From Salinispira sp. (GTDB taxonomy: Bacteria > Spirochaetota > Spirochaetia > DSM-27196 > Salinispiraceae), in assembly GCA_965226555.1 (NCBI GenBank), contig CBDDDG010000021.1:32001-96000 (forward strand): 64,000 nucleotides of DNA, in the 5' to 3' direction. This document shows positions 22,427 to 32,829 of this stretch, piece by piece (position 1 is the first letter of the stretch; each line of letters begins with the position of its first letter). Both the position numbers and the translations under genes were made by a program. Below the pieces are notes generated by a model. That model ran no database searches. It had not been told where the DNA came from and was given only the letters and a program-made list of their open reading frames with translations.

Positions 22427-23272
22427 GTGAACACAAATAGGGTTGTATTTCAGAGCGATTTTGGACTTGTCGATGGAGCTGTTGCTGCCATGTACGGGGT
22501 GGCAAGTGAAGTATCGCCGGAGTTAAAACTCTACGACCTCACGCATGAGATTCCTCAGTTCAATATTCGGGAAGCTTCGTACCGGCTTATTCAGACAATA
22601 TCGTACTGGGCGAAGGGAACAGTGTTTGTGTCGGTGGTTGACCCTGGTGTCGGTACCCAGCGGAAGAGTGTGGTAGCCCTCACTGAGTCGGGGCATTATA
22701 TTGTTACCCCCGACAATGGAACCCTTACCCATGTACGGGAGAAAATTGGCATTCGCGAGCTTCGCGAAATTGAAGAATCGGTGAACCGCCTAGCAAATTC
22801 GGAGCATTCCTACACCTTCCATGGCAGAGATGTCTATGCCTATACCGGAGCCCGTCTTGCCGCTGGTGTTATAAGCATGGCGGAAGTTGGAAGAGAACTC
22901 CCTGTGAGCGAAATCATTTCTCTTCCAAGCGAACCTGCCCGCATGGCGCAAAACACAATCAACGCGAATATCGACATTCTCGATACCCGCTACGGAAGCC
23001 TGTGGACAAATGCGTCCCGGGATCTTTTCGGAAAACTCGGCATATCCTATGGTGAATATGTGTATGTCGAAATTGCCCGGCACGGCAGGGTAGTATACGG
23101 AAATGATCTGGTCTACTGCAGATCGTTCAGCGATGTAAATATCGGCGCCTCTCTTGTGTACATTAATTCCCTTCTGAACGTTGGTATTGCGATTAATCAG
23201 GGGAATTTTGCCCGCGCTCATGATATCCATTCAGGATTCAAAATACAGTTTTCACCTTCACAGAGAAAGTAA
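22427..23272 (+). CDS. SAM hydrolase (DUF62, SAM hydroxide adenosyltransferase family)
   Basis: SDFG, VVDPGVGTQR, PDNG, TFHGRD. Confidence 0.9.
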   Translation: MNTNRVVFQSDFGLVDGAVAAMYGVASEVSPELKLYDLTHEIPQFNIREASYRLIQTISYWAKGTVFVSVVDPGVGTQRKSVVALTESGHYIVTPDNGTLTHVREKIGIRELREIEESVNRLANSEHSYTFHGRDVYAYTGARLAAGVISMAEVGRELPVSEIISLPSEPARMAQNTINANIDILDTRYGSLWTNASRDLFGKLGISYGEYVYVEIARHGRVVYGNDLVYCRSFSDVNIGASLVYINSLLNVGIAINQGNFARAHDIHSGFKIQFSPSQRK

Positions 23273-23411
23273 ACGGCGGTCGGTACTTGTCAGAATGATA
23301 TTAACTTAAGGATGTCAGAAATGAAAAATTTAGTAGCGATATTGAATTCTTTTTTGAGTCAGAAGATTCTGGAAGTCCATGAAATTTTAATTTTGATCGG
23401 AAGTTTTGTGC

Positions 23412-23441
23412 TTGACAAGGTTCCCGCTTCATAGGTAAAGT
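23412..23441 (+). promoter_or_regulatory. Candidate sigma70 promoter for the TM2 gene
   Basis: TTGACA-18 nt-TAAAGT. Confidence 0.45.
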
Positions 23442-23521
23442 AATGTTGCTCCCGAAGGGGATGTCACGCATTGCGAACATTGCGTGTCGTACAGAAAACT
23501 ATAATTTCAGGAGGAATTATT

Positions 23522-23902
23522 ATGGAAACAAGTTCAAAAAGCACATGGGTCTATACCCTGCTTTTGATATTTTTGGGAATATTTGGCGCCCACCGATTTT
23601 ATGTTGGTAAAAAAGGATCGGGCAGCATATATTTGCTTGTCTGGGGGGTATCATTTCTCGGTTTATTCCCGGTGACAATCGGATTAATTGTTAGCGTTTC
23701 GCTAGGAGTTGCAGTGCTATTAGATTTGTTCCAGCTTGGATTTGGCGATCCGAAAGATGGGAGCGGTTGCGCTCTGGAACAGGTTCGGGGCGCCAGAATA
23801 CTGGCGGCTGTTTTGGGCGTTGTGGGGGTCATTGGCCTCATTTTTGGAGCAACCACCCTTGGACGCTTCTTCTCAGCATCCGAATTCAATCATTTGTTTT
23901 AA
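23522..23902 (+). CDS. TM2-domain membrane protein
   Basis: LLIFLGIFGAHRFYVGK; RBS AGGAGG. Confidence 0.85.
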   Translation: METSSKSTWVYTLLLIFLGIFGAHRFYVGKKGSGSIYLLVWGVSFLGLFPVTIGLIVSVSLGVAVLLDLFQLGFGDPKDGSGCALEQVRGARILAAVLGVVGVIGLIFGATTLGRFFSASEFNHLF

Positions 23903-23920
23903 CAAACGATATATTTTATA

Positions 23921-24040
23921 GAAAGTTTTGTAAAATGCAAATATAAAATAGGAGAATGCTAAGTACAGAGAAAGCATTTCGAATCTGAAACTTTTACTAC
24001 TGGAAATTGTGCAGGCACAATTTTCCAATGCAAAAGTTTC
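23921..24040. mobile_element. Long composite MITE copy
   Basis: Colinear with 43577-43702 (TATAAAATAGGAGAATGCTAAG...CTACTGGAAATTG.GC..GC.CAATTTTCCAATGCAAAAGTTTC). Confidence 0.75.
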
Positions 24041-24066
24041 TCTTATATTTATTCAGGAGGCAAGAA

Positions 24067-24615
24067 ATGAAGAAATTTTCTGCCAAAACTATCGTCATAA
24101 TCGCCATTGGCGCTGCCCTTTACGGTATCGGCAGCCTGATCAACATTCCGGTTTTTACCGGAACAAGTCTGCGTCCGGCTGTCGCAATACTCGCTGCATT
24201 TGCGGCGCTCTTCGGCCCCATCGTTGGTTTGCTCGTCGGTCTCATTGGTCATCTTCTTACTGATATTTTCGGAGGATTGGGAATCTGGCTTACATGGGTG
24301 CTCGGTTCGGGTATTGTCGGCGCCATTATCGGTTTCTTCGGTAAGATCACATCGGATAATCTGGAAAAAGGCGAATTTCCAGAGAAGGATGTTGCCATTT
24401 TCATTCTTCTCGGGCTTGTTGCGAACTTTCTGGGCTACAGTGTCTCGGCTTTTCTGGATTTTATTATATTTGCGGAACCGGCGAATAAGGTACTCATTCA
24501 GCATCTCATCGCATCACTGTCAAACACTTTCATGATTGCGACAATCGGCACACTTATTCTGTTTGTTGCCGCCAAAAGAAACAAACAGGGCAGGAATCTG
24601 TCGGAAGAAAAATGA
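24067..24615 (+). CDS. ECF transporter S component (MtsT-like)
   Basis: [29 protein letters not shown]; upstream of ECF ATPase and EcfT. Confidence 0.85.
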   Translation: MKKFSAKTIVIIAIGAALYGIGSLINIPVFTGTSLRPAVAILAAFAALFGPIVGLLVGLIGHLLTDIFGGLGIWLTWVLGSGIVGAIIGFFGKITSDNLEKGEFPEKDVAIFILLGLVANFLGYSVSAFLDFIIFAEPANKVLIQHLIASLSNTFMIATIGTLILFVAAKRNKQGRNLSEEK

Positions 24616-26420
24616 GCGCCAATGCTTTTAGCCCGTCCGGAGGGCGGGCATGCATTGAGTTCAGTAATTTTACATTCACCTATGAGGCTCAGCAGGAAGC
24701 GACCCTCCGTGATGTTTCTATAACAATACATCGTGGGGAAAAGGTTCTCATTGCCGGTCCGAGCGGCAGCGGTAAAAGTACACTTGCAGCCTGCATAAAC
24801 GGTCTTGTTCCCAATACCCTGAAAGGAAGCATAAGCGGCACACTCACCATTGCGGGCATCCGTCCTGCCGAATTCAGCATACCCGAGGTCAGCAAATTGC
24901 TTGGTACAGTTCTTCAGGATACTGATAATCAGTTTGTCGGTCTCAGTGTTGGGGAGGATATTGCCTTCGCTCTGGAAAATGATGTGGTACCGCAGGCTGA
25001 AATGCGGGCTATTGTCGCGCGCGTTGCCGCCATGGTGGACATGGATTCCTTCATTACGCGTTCGCCCTTTGAGCTGAGCGGGGGGCAGAAACAGCGGGTA
25101 TCGCTTGCAGGCATTTTGGTTGATGATGTCGACATTCTGCTCTTCGATGAACCTCTTGCCAACCTCGATCCCCGTACCGGAAAGCGTACTATTGAGCTCA
25201 TCGATGACATTCATAAAAAAACCGGAAAGACCATCATTATCATTGAGCACAGAATTGAAGATGTGCTCCACCGTCCCCTCGACCGCATCCTGCTCATGAA
25301 GAAGGGCAGGATAATTGCCGATGACAGCCCCGATAATCTGCTTGCTTCCTCAGTTCTTCAGGAAAATGGTCTGCGGGAACCGCTTTTTCTCACTGCTCTG
25401 AGGTTCTCAGGCTGTACGGTTACGCAGACCGACAGACCTGCCTCACTCGAAACCCTGGATCTGAACCCATTCCGCAACAGGCTGCTGAAGTGGTTTTCCG
25501 CAGGCGCAGCGCCCCCTGCGGGAAGAGCCGGAACAGGGGAGCCCATCCTTGAGGTGGAAGGAATTGAACATTCCTACGATGGCGAGCAGAAGGTGATTGC
25601 CGACATAAGCTTTTCCGTCCGCCGCGGAGAAATTATCTCACTCATCGGAAAAAATGGCGCTGGTAAGTCAACACTTTCCCAGATCATCATGGGAGGATTA
25701 GTCCCTGATGCCGGATCCATTTCCTTCCTGGGGGAGAATCTGCTCACAAAGAGCGCTTCAGAACGAAGTGGACATATCGGCTTTGTCATGCAGAACCCGA
25801 ATCATATGATTTCCCACAACCTCGTATGCGAGGAGGTCGCCTTTGGTCTTCGGCTCAGGGGATTTCCCGAGGAAGATATCCGGCAAAAAACCAATGAAAT
25901 TCTAAAGCTTTGTAACCTCTACACCATGAGAAACTGGCCCATCCATGTGCTGAGCTACGGGCAGAAAAAACGGGTAACCATTGCCTCCATTCTCGTCATG
26001 GGCGCGGAACTGATCATTCTCGATGAACCGACCGCCGGTCAGGATTACCGTAACTACACCGCTATCATGGAATTTCTTATATCCCTCAACAGTTCCCTCA
26101 GTATTACGATTATTCTTGTTACCCATGATATGCATCTTGCGCTCGAATACAGTAGCCGCGCCCTCGTCCTCTCCGATGGCGAACTTATATGCGATGATAA
26201 CATCGCAAAGGTTTTTTCCAATATCCAGGTTATTGAACGCGCCAACCTGAAGCTCTCCAGCCTCTACGAACTTGCTCTGAAGCTGGACATTGAAAGCCCC
26301 GAAAAATTTATTGACCGCTTTATCCGCAGCGAAAAGCCCAGCGACCAGATCGCCCGTCCCGACCATCAGCCCAGCGACCAGATCGCCCGTCCCGACCATC
26401 AGCCCAGCGAAAAGGAGTAG
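24612..26420 (+). CDS. ECF transporter fused dual ATPase
   Basis: GPSGSGKST and [17 protein letters not shown] and LSYGQKKR. Confidence 0.93.
   Translation: MSANAFSPSGGRACIEFSNFTFTYEAQQEATLRDVSITIHRGEKVLIAGPSGSGKSTLAACINGLVPNTLKGSISGTLTIAGIRPAEFSIPEVSKLLGTVLQDTDNQFVGLSVGEDIAFALENDVVPQAEMRAIVARVAAMVDMDSFITRSPFELSGGQKQRVSLAGILVDDVDILLFDEPLANLDPRTGKRTIELIDDIHKKTGKTIIIIEHRIEDVLHRPLDRILLMKKGRIIADDSPDNLLASSVLQENGLREPLFLTALRFSGCTVTQTDRPASLETLDLNPFRNRLLKWFSAGAAPPAGRAGTGEPILEVEGIEHSYDGEQKVIADISFSVRRGEIISLIGKNGAGKSTLSQIIMGGLVPDAGSISFLGENLLTKSASERSGHIGFVMQNPNHMISHNLVCEEVAFGLRLRGFPEEDIRQKTNEILKLCNLYTMRNWPIHVLSYGQKKRVTIASILVMGAELIILDEPTAGQDYRNYTAIMEFLISLNSSLSITIILVTHDMHLALEYSSRALVLSDGELICDDNIAKVFSNIQVIERANLKLSSLYELALKLDIESPEKFIDRFIRSEKPSDQIARPDHQPSDQIARPDHQPSEKE
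26335..26410 (+). repeat. 33-bp tandem duplication in the ATPase C-terminal tail
   Basis: AGCCCAGCGACCAGATCGCCCGTCCCGACCATC x2 plus a partial unit ([11 protein letters not shown]). Confidence 0.9.
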
Positions 26421-26423
26421 ATT

Positions 26424-27266
26424 GTGGACAGCAGTAAAATTGGATTCAGATTGAGTTATCTTGAAACCGGGTCATTTTTTCACCGCTTGAGCGGAGTGAG
26501 CAAGCTGATATTGTTCATCTATTGGATATTCCTCACCCTGCTTTCCTTTGATCTGCGCATTCTCGTTGCCATGCTCATTATGGTGTATTGCTTTCTTGCT
26601 CTGTCCCGCGTTCCCTTCCGGGTCTACCGTCCCTTTGTGCTGATACTTCTTGTGTTTGTCCTGTTTAATGCCGGTGTCATTTTCCTCTTTGCTCCCGATC
26701 AGGGCGATATATATATTGGAAGCCGCACGGTGCTGCTTGAGCTGAACGGGCGCTACGACATTACCCGGGAAACGCTCGTGTACCTGGCCGTTGTCGTGTG
26801 TAAATATATTACTGTTCTGCCCATGGCGCTGCTCTTTATTTTCAGTACGCACCCAACAGAATTTTCAGCGAGCCTTGCCAGCGTTGGTGTTCCCTACCGT
26901 TTTTCCTATGTTGTGAGCCTGACTCTCCGGTATCTGCCGGAGATAACGAAGGACTTTCGGAACATTCTCCAGTCGCAACAGGCTCGGGGAGTTGAAATTG
27001 GCAGGAAGACCGCCTTTTTCAGAAGGATATCGAACATAGGAAGAATTCTCATCCCGCTCATATTTTCCAGCCTCGACAGGGCAGAAAGTATTTCCAATGC
27101 CATGGAACTTCGCGGTTTTGGAAAGTTTGAGAAGCGCAGCTGGTATAACTACCGCGCTCTTTCATGGCGGGACATTCTGGCCTTTGCGCTTATGGCAGCC
27201 TGGCTCGTTTTGTACATTGTTCTCCGCCTCCGCCTCAATGGCATGTTCTGGTATCCCTTTACATGA
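26424..27266 (+). CDS. ecfT: ECF transporter T component
   Basis: SQQARG and AMELRGF motifs; multiple TM segments. Confidence 0.9.
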   Translation: MDSSKIGFRLSYLETGSFFHRLSGVSKLILFIYWIFLTLLSFDLRILVAMLIMVYCFLALSRVPFRVYRPFVLILLVFVLFNAGVIFLFAPDQGDIYIGSRTVLLELNGRYDITRETLVYLAVVVCKYITVLPMALLFIFSTHPTEFSASLASVGVPYRFSYVVSLTLRYLPEITKDFRNILQSQQARGVEIGRKTAFFRRISNIGRILIPLIFSSLDRAESISNAMELRGFGKFEKRSWYNYRALSWRDILAFALMAAWLVLYIVLRLRLNGMFWYPFT

Positions 27267-27293
27267 AGCCTCCTGCGCTACTGCCGGCAGAAC

Positions 27294-27384
27294 CGCCAAG
27301 CCCCGCGGGGCGTGTGCAGCGTGGCGGCAGCCGTAATGCGACTGGCCGTTATTGAAGCGCCAAGCCCCGCGGGGCGTGTGCAGC
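27294..27384. repeat. Two 27-bp GC-rich direct repeats between convergent ecfT and acnA
   Basis: CGCCAAGCCCCGCGGGGCGTGTGCAGC at 27294-27320 and 27358-27384. Confidence 0.85.
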
Positions 27385-27395
27385 CGGTCGGCAGC

Positions 27396-30092
27396 CTACA
27401 TGAAGCCGCGGAGAACGGTGTGGAGAATGCCTCCGTTTCGGTAATATTCAACCTCAACCGAGCTGTCTATGCGGCAGACGGCCGTGAATTGTGTCATTTT
27501 TCCTTCGGGATCGGGACCCTTCGCTTCTATGCCTATGCGCTGCTTGGGTTCTACCGTATCATCAATGTGTATGGTGAACAATTCATCTCCCCGGAGTTCC
27601 AGCGTTTCGGCAGATTCGCCGTGTTGGTACATGAGGGGCAGTACCCCCATTCCGATGAGATTACTGCGGTGAATCCGCTCAAAGCTCTCCGCAATGACGG
27701 CCCGCACCCCCAGCATATACACACCCTTGGCAGCCCAATCGCGGCTGGAACCCATTCCGTAGTCCTTTCCCGCGAGGACAATTGTGGGCATAGCGTTTTC
27801 ACGGTAGCGCAGGCTTGCATCGAAAATGCTCATTTCCTCGCTGTTTTTCCTGCCCGGCAGGTACACAGTGCGGCTTCCCTCTGTGCCCGGGGCAAGCTGG
27901 TTCCTCAGGCGGATATTCGCAAAGGTACCGCGGGTCATGACCTTGTCGTTGCCCCGCCTGCTTCCGTAGGAGTTAAAGTCGCTGTATTTCACGCCCATTT
28001 CCTGGAGGTAGATGCCGGCGGGGCTGTCGCGGGCAATAACGCCCGCTGGGGAAATGTGGTCGGTGGTTACTGAATCGCCCACCTTAACAAGCACTGCCGC
28101 ATCCTTTATGGGAGAAATAGTTCCTGCCGTTTTGCTCATGTTAACAAAGAAGGGCGGTTCCTGAATGTAGGTCGATTTTTCCTGCCAGTTGTACACCTCA
28201 GCGGAATTGAGCTCAATGCTGTTCCATTCGGGGTTGCTGCTTTCAATGCCCTTATAGCTTTTCTGGAAGGACTCCCTGTTCATGGCATTCTTTACAAATT
28301 CCGCAATTTCTTCATCGGAGGGCCAGATATCCCTGAGATACACAGGACCCTCTGTGCCTTCGCCTATCGGGTCGCTGTCAAGATTGATATGTACATTTCC
28401 GGCAATGGCATAGGCAACGCAGAGTGGGGGAGATGCCAGAAAATTCGCTCGGGTATCGGGGTTAATCCGTCCCTCAAAGTTTCGGTTTCCGGAAAGTACG
28501 GCAGCCGCAACTATGCCGTGTTTCTCAATTGCCCTGCTCAACTCTTCGGGAAGCGGTCCCGAGTTGCCAATGCAGGTTGTGCAGCCGTAACCGACAAGGT
28601 AGAACCCCAGTTTCTCAAGCCAGGGCATGAGGCCGGCTGTTTTCAGGTACTCGGTTACCACCACCGAACCCGGCGCGAAGCTTGTCTTTACAAAGGGCTT
28701 TGTACTCAAGCCCTTTTCAACAGCCTTCTTCGCAAGAAGACCGGCTGCCATGAGAACAGAAGGATTCGATGTGTTGGTACAGCTGGTTATGGAAGCAATA
28801 ACAACATCACCGTGCCTGAGTTCCATGTCTGTACCGTTCATGCTGAAGGCTGCCCGCGCATCGGGGTCTGCCTGTTCAAAGCCTCCGGACTTTATGGGGG
28901 CTGTGAGCAGATGCCGGAATTTTGAGGAAACATCGCTGAGCGCTATTCTATCCTGCGGACGCTTCGGCCCGGCAATGGATGGCACAATGCTGCCCAAGTC
29001 AAGTTCAAGAACCGTTTCATACAATACATCATCGCTGCTCCCGAACATTCCCTGAGAACGGCAGTACTTTTCAACCAATTCGAGGAGCTCCTCATCGCGG
29101 CCGGTGGCATACATGTATTCGAGGGTCTTGTTGTCAACGGGGAAGAAGCCCGCTGTTGCTCCATATTCAGGAGCCATATTTGCTAAGGTTGCCCGATCGG
29201 GCACAGTGAGGGAGTTTATTCCCGGGCCGGAGTACTCAACAATCTTCCCAACAACTCCCTGAGCCCGCAGGAGCTCGGTTACCCGCAGAACAAGATCGGT
29301 GGCCGTTGCCCCCTTCGGAAGATGTCCGCTCAATCGCATGCCGACAACAGGGGGCACCAGCATGTAGATGGGCTGTCCCAGCATGGCAGCCTCCGCTTCA
29401 ATACCGCCGACACCCCAGCCGAGTATGCCGAGGCCGTTAATCATTGTTGTGTGGCTGTCGGTTCCGACAAGGGTGTCGAAGAAGGCATAATCGGTTTTGC
29501 CGCTGGTTTTTTCCTGAACCACCTTCCCGAGATATTCCAGATTTACCTGATGACAAATTCCGCTGGCAGGCGGAACCACATGAAAGTTCTCAAAAGCTCC
29601 CTGTCCCCAGCGGAGAAATTCATAGCGTTCCTTGTTTCGTTCAAATTCTCTCTCTGCGTTTTTCCTGAAGGCCTCGGAAGTGGCGAAGAAATCGATGCTC
29701 ACTGAATGATCGATAATGAGATTCACCGGAAGCTGCGGATTTATTCGGGATGGATCGCCCTTCATTCTCTGCATGGCCGAACGCAGAGCGGCAAGATCCA
29801 CCACGCAGGGAACGCCGGTGAAATCCTGAAGGAGCACCCGCGCAGGGGTGAAGGGTATTTCAATGTCTGAGGGTTTTTCAGGATTGTAGGAAAGGAAATG
29901 TGTGAGATGCTCGCGGGTAACTTCTTTTCCGTTAATGTTGCGCAGTACCGATTCAAGTAAAACACGGATACTGTAGGGAAAACGGGAAATGCGCGGATAC
30001 TCCTTTGCCAGTTCGGTGAGGGAGAAATATTTCAGGTTTCGTTTTCCGATCCTCAGATCGCGTATAACAGAAAATACATCGGAATAGGGCAT
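27396..30092 (-). CDS. acnA: Aconitate hydratase A
   Basis: RVLLQDFTGVP, DSHTTM, ITSCTNTSNP, GYGCTTCIGNSG, GSSRDWAAKG. Confidence 0.97.
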   Translation of the reverse strand: MPYSDVFSVIRDLRIGKRNLKYFSLTELAKEYPRISRFPYSIRVLLESVLRNINGKEVTREHLTHFLSYNPEKPSDIEIPFTPARVLLQDFTGVPCVVDLAALRSAMQRMKGDPSRINPQLPVNLIIDHSVSIDFFATSEAFRKNAEREFERNKERYEFLRWGQGAFENFHVVPPASGICHQVNLEYLGKVVQEKTSGKTDYAFFDTLVGTDSHTTMINGLGILGWGVGGIEAEAAMLGQPIYMLVPPVVGMRLSGHLPKGATATDLVLRVTELLRAQGVVGKIVEYSGPGINSLTVPDRATLANMAPEYGATAGFFPVDNKTLEYMYATGRDEELLELVEKYCRSQGMFGSSDDVLYETVLELDLGSIVPSIAGPKRPQDRIALSDVSSKFRHLLTAPIKSGGFEQADPDARAAFSMNGTDMELRHGDVVIASITSCTNTSNPSVLMAAGLLAKKAVEKGLSTKPFVKTSFAPGSVVVTEYLKTAGLMPWLEKLGFYLVGYGCTTCIGNSGPLPEELSRAIEKHGIVAAAVLSGNRNFEGRINPDTRANFLASPPLCVAYAIAGNVHINLDSDPIGEGTEGPVYLRDIWPSDEEIAEFVKNAMNRESFQKSYKGIESSNPEWNSIELNSAEVYNWQEKSTYIQEPPFFVNMSKTAGTISPIKDAAVLVKVGDSVTTDHISPAGVIARDSPAGIYLQEMGVKYSDFNSYGSRRGNDKVMTRGTFANIRLRNQLAPGTEGSRTVYLPGRKNSEEMSIFDASLRYRENAMPTIVLAGKDYGMGSSRDWAAKGVYMLGVRAVIAESFERIHRSNLIGMGVLPLMYQHGESAETLELRGDELFTIHIDDTVEPKQRIGIEAKGPDPEGKMTQFTAVCRIDSSVEVEYYRNGGILHTVLRGFM

Positions 30093-30244
30093 TGTTTACT
30101 CCTGTGGTAGGGAAATTATTCCTCATTATACCCCGTATGCGCCCTGTGGAGCAAGTAGCAGAAAGTATTTAAAGTATAAAAGTATTTATATGGGGAGATA
30201 TATATGCCGAAATAAGGAATGAGTAGTCAGGAGGACTAACATAT

Positions 30245-31096
30245 ATGCACGGATGCAGACGATTGAGCAGGGCAGCTCTATTATTGGTCGTGGGATTTTT
30301 CATTCTCCCGCCCCCAATCATATTTTCTCTGGACATTGAATACCGCGTTCAGGCGGGCGAAACATTCTATTCCATAGCTCGAAAATACAACATAAGCCAT
30401 CAACAACTTATGTCGACGAATAACATACACGACGAGCAATCGCTGCGGGTCGGACAAATACTGCGCATTCCGCAGGCGGGCTCTGAAATTTTGGAGAAGT
30501 ATGAAATTCAGGGCGGCGATACACTTTACAGCATATCGCGCCGAAATGGTATGAGCGTTCAGGATATTCTCGATTTTAATAATTTGAGTCCCGATGATAT
30601 TATACAACCCGGTCAGGTTCTGCAGCTGAACCCACAATCGGAGCGGAGCTTCGAGCGGCAAAGGGAGGGATCGGGAACTGTTCCCGTTACCCTAAGCAGC
30701 AAAACAGTATCGCCGACAATTACCGCTCCAGCGCTCCAACCTCAGGGAACGCTATTCTGGCCGCACGGAGGGGAACAGATTAAGCTGAGCGGAAAATTTC
30801 CCGGCATAGCCATTCGGGGTGATGCCGGCGATAACATACGCGCAGTGAGCAGCGGCAGAGTTGTGTACAGCGGGCCGCATTCCACCCTTGGCAATGTGGT
30901 ATTTATTCAGAATGAGCGCGGGTACATATATATTTATGGCGGAAACCGTAATCTTCTCATTGTTTCAGGCGATTCTGTTCAGGCAGGGCAGATCATCGGC
31001 ACCCTCGGTCCAAGCCCGCTCCTTCAGGAAGTACAGGTGTATTTCAGCGTCTGGAAGGAAGGACGATACATTGATCCCGCAAAATCGCCCCGGTAA
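30245..31096 (+). CDS. Protein with two LysM domains and an M23-like domain (NlpD-like)
   Basis: YRVQAGETFYSIARKY, YEIQGGDTLYSISRR; M23-like C-terminus lacking HxxxD/HxH. Confidence 0.85.
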   Translation: MHGCRRLSRAALLLVVGFFILPPPIIFSLDIEYRVQAGETFYSIARKYNISHQQLMSTNNIHDEQSLRVGQILRIPQAGSEILEKYEIQGGDTLYSISRRNGMSVQDILDFNNLSPDDIIQPGQVLQLNPQSERSFERQREGSGTVPVTLSSKTVSPTITAPALQPQGTLFWPHGGEQIKLSGKFPGIAIRGDAGDNIRAVSSGRVVYSGPHSTLGNVVFIQNERGYIYIYGGNRNLLIVSGDSVQAGQIIGTLGPSPLLQEVQVYFSVWKEGRYIDPAKSPR

Positions 31097-31199
31097 TTTT
31101 CCATTTCACACAAAATTAATATTGTTTTTATGCCTTTGTAGTGATATATTACCACTGGGATTATATTTGAAAAAATCAACGTGCTAAAAACACTATAAT

Positions 31200-32138
31200 A
31201 TGCCGACAAAGAATGATAATATGCCGACAGAGAATGATATTTTAAAACTATATTTACGACAGATCACAGAGTATCCTTTGCTCTCGACAGCAGAGGAACT
31301 GAGTCTGACAACAAAGATATTCGAACAAAAAAATCATTTGCAGAAACTTACTGCGGAATACAACAGCGACTCTGGAAAAGTAACAAGTGAAATGCTTGAA
31401 AAAGCGGCGCAGGCCCTCCTTATAAGTAAAAATCAAATGATTCATTCTAATCTTCGTCTGGTAGTTTCCATTGCAAAGAAACTGAACAACAGAGGTCTGC
31501 CGCTGCTTGATGTTATTAATGAGGGTAACATTGGGCTTATTGAAGCAGTTGAGCGTTTCGATCATCGGAGAGGCTGCAGGTTCTCTACCTACGGCACATG
31601 GTGGATTCGGCAGACAATTCTGAAGAGTGTTGCCGAAAAGAGCAGAACGGTTAGAATACCTATTCATATGATCAATAGCATGCAGAAATATCATTATACC
31701 TGCAGCTATCTCAGCGATGAGTTTGAACGCGAGCCCACTAACGATGAAATCGCGCAATGTCTCCAATGCACACCGGAAAAAGTTCGGAAAATTAAAATAG
31801 CCAGTCAGAAAACGACATCGCTCGACAGTACTATTGACGATAATATGACCAGCCTTGTTAATATGGTCGTTGATTTCGATAAGCAGGAACCCCTTGACCA
31901 GATTTTCAGGCGCACAGTTGTGAATGACCTGAGGCAGATGCTTGATAAGCTTCCTGATCGGGAACGGAGGATTCTCCAGCTCCGTTTTGGTCTCAATGGA
32001 GAAGGACCATTCACACTCGATGAAACCGGTAGGCGTATAGGAATTACCCGTGAACGGGTGCGTCAAATTCAAAAGAACACACTTACATATCTGCAGGATC
32101 TACTGAGATTACGCGGTTATCAGGAAAATACTATTTGA
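31200..32138 (+). CDS. Sigma-70 family factor, RpoS-like (no region 1.1)
   Basis: SNLRLVVSIAK, FSTYGTWWIRQ, TRERVRQI; follows an NlpD-like gene. Confidence 0.88.
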   Translation: MPTKNDNMPTENDILKLYLRQITEYPLLSTAEELSLTTKIFEQKNHLQKLTAEYNSDSGKVTSEMLEKAAQALLISKNQMIHSNLRLVVSIAKKLNNRGLPLLDVINEGNIGLIEAVERFDHRRGCRFSTYGTWWIRQTILKSVAEKSRTVRIPIHMINSMQKYHYTCSYLSDEFEREPTNDEIAQCLQCTPEKVRKIKIASQKTTSLDSTIDDNMTSLVNMVVDFDKQEPLDQIFRRTVVNDLRQMLDKLPDRERRILQLRFGLNGEGPFTLDETGRRIGITRERVRQIQKNTLTYLQDLLRLRGYQENTI

Positions 32139-32160
32139 CCGGTATTGGGCTGGCGGAAGC

Positions 32161-32829
32161 ATGAGCAGTAGCATGAATTTTGAGTTTGATATGATCACGA
32201 CACGAGGCGGCGACAGCGGAAAGAGCAGCCTCTTCGGGGGTGAACGGCGGATCAAATCGGATCCGGTTTTTACCGTACTTGGAAACCTCGATGAACTGAC
32301 ATCGGGGCTGGGCATCTGCCGCAGCGCCATTAATATCTCCCGCGCTTCCCGTTCCCTTGGCATGGACAGCCGGAGAAAAGACAGCCCGGGCGCGGACAGC
32401 CATGGTAACGATATGGCTGCCGATATCCGATCTATTCAGCAGGAACTGCAGAACATTGCCGCCCTCATCGCCACCCCTGTGAGCAGCCTGAATACCATAA
32501 AGCCCCTCGGTAAAACCGATTCCGAATGGGAAAGCTTTCTGCGTGAGAAGCTTAACGAGCTGGAGCGCACAGAATCGCGCTACATCGCTCACATTACCAT
32601 AACGGACTTCATAATCCCCGGCGATACTGAGGTTTCAGCCCGCTTTGATCTTGCCCGAACCGTATGCCGCCGCGCAGAGCGTTCACTTGTATCGTATATT
32701 CAGATGCTTCCAACCGAGTATTACCGCCGCGCGCAAAATTATCTCAACCGTCTGTCAGACTGTCTCTTTGTTATGGCGCGTTACTTTGAGCAGAATTTTT
32801 CTGCGGATTCTTCGGGGGCGCAGGGCTGA
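32161..32829 (+). CDS. PduO-type cob(I)alamin adenosyltransferase
   Basis: TTRGGDSG.S, GNLDEL, ARTVCRRAER, YLNRLSD. Confidence 0.9.
   Translation: MSSSMNFEFDMITTRGGDSGKSSLFGGERRIKSDPVFTVLGNLDELTSGLGICRSAINISRASRSLGMDSRRKDSPGADSHGNDMAADIRSIQQELQNIAALIATPVSSLNTIKPLGKTDSEWESFLREKLNELERTESRYIAHITITDFIIPGDTEVSARFDLARTVCRRAERSLVSYIQMLPTEYYRRAQNYLNRLSDCLFVMARYFEQNFSADSSGAQG

Noticed and set aside
22427..23272. Fluorinase/chlorinase
   Set aside because: Asp-Arg-His hydrolase-type motifs and ECF context fit a DUF62 SAM hydrolase
27312..28073. Long antisense ORFs over acnA, and similar ones over mfd, ftsH, hsdM and the sigma gene
   Set aside because: Opposite-strand shadows of well-conserved genes with no recognisable motifs
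31150..31200. Sigma54 promoter for the RpoS-like gene, as in Borrelia
   Set aside because: Best match TGGGATTATATTTGA lacks the GGCAC and -12 GC consensus
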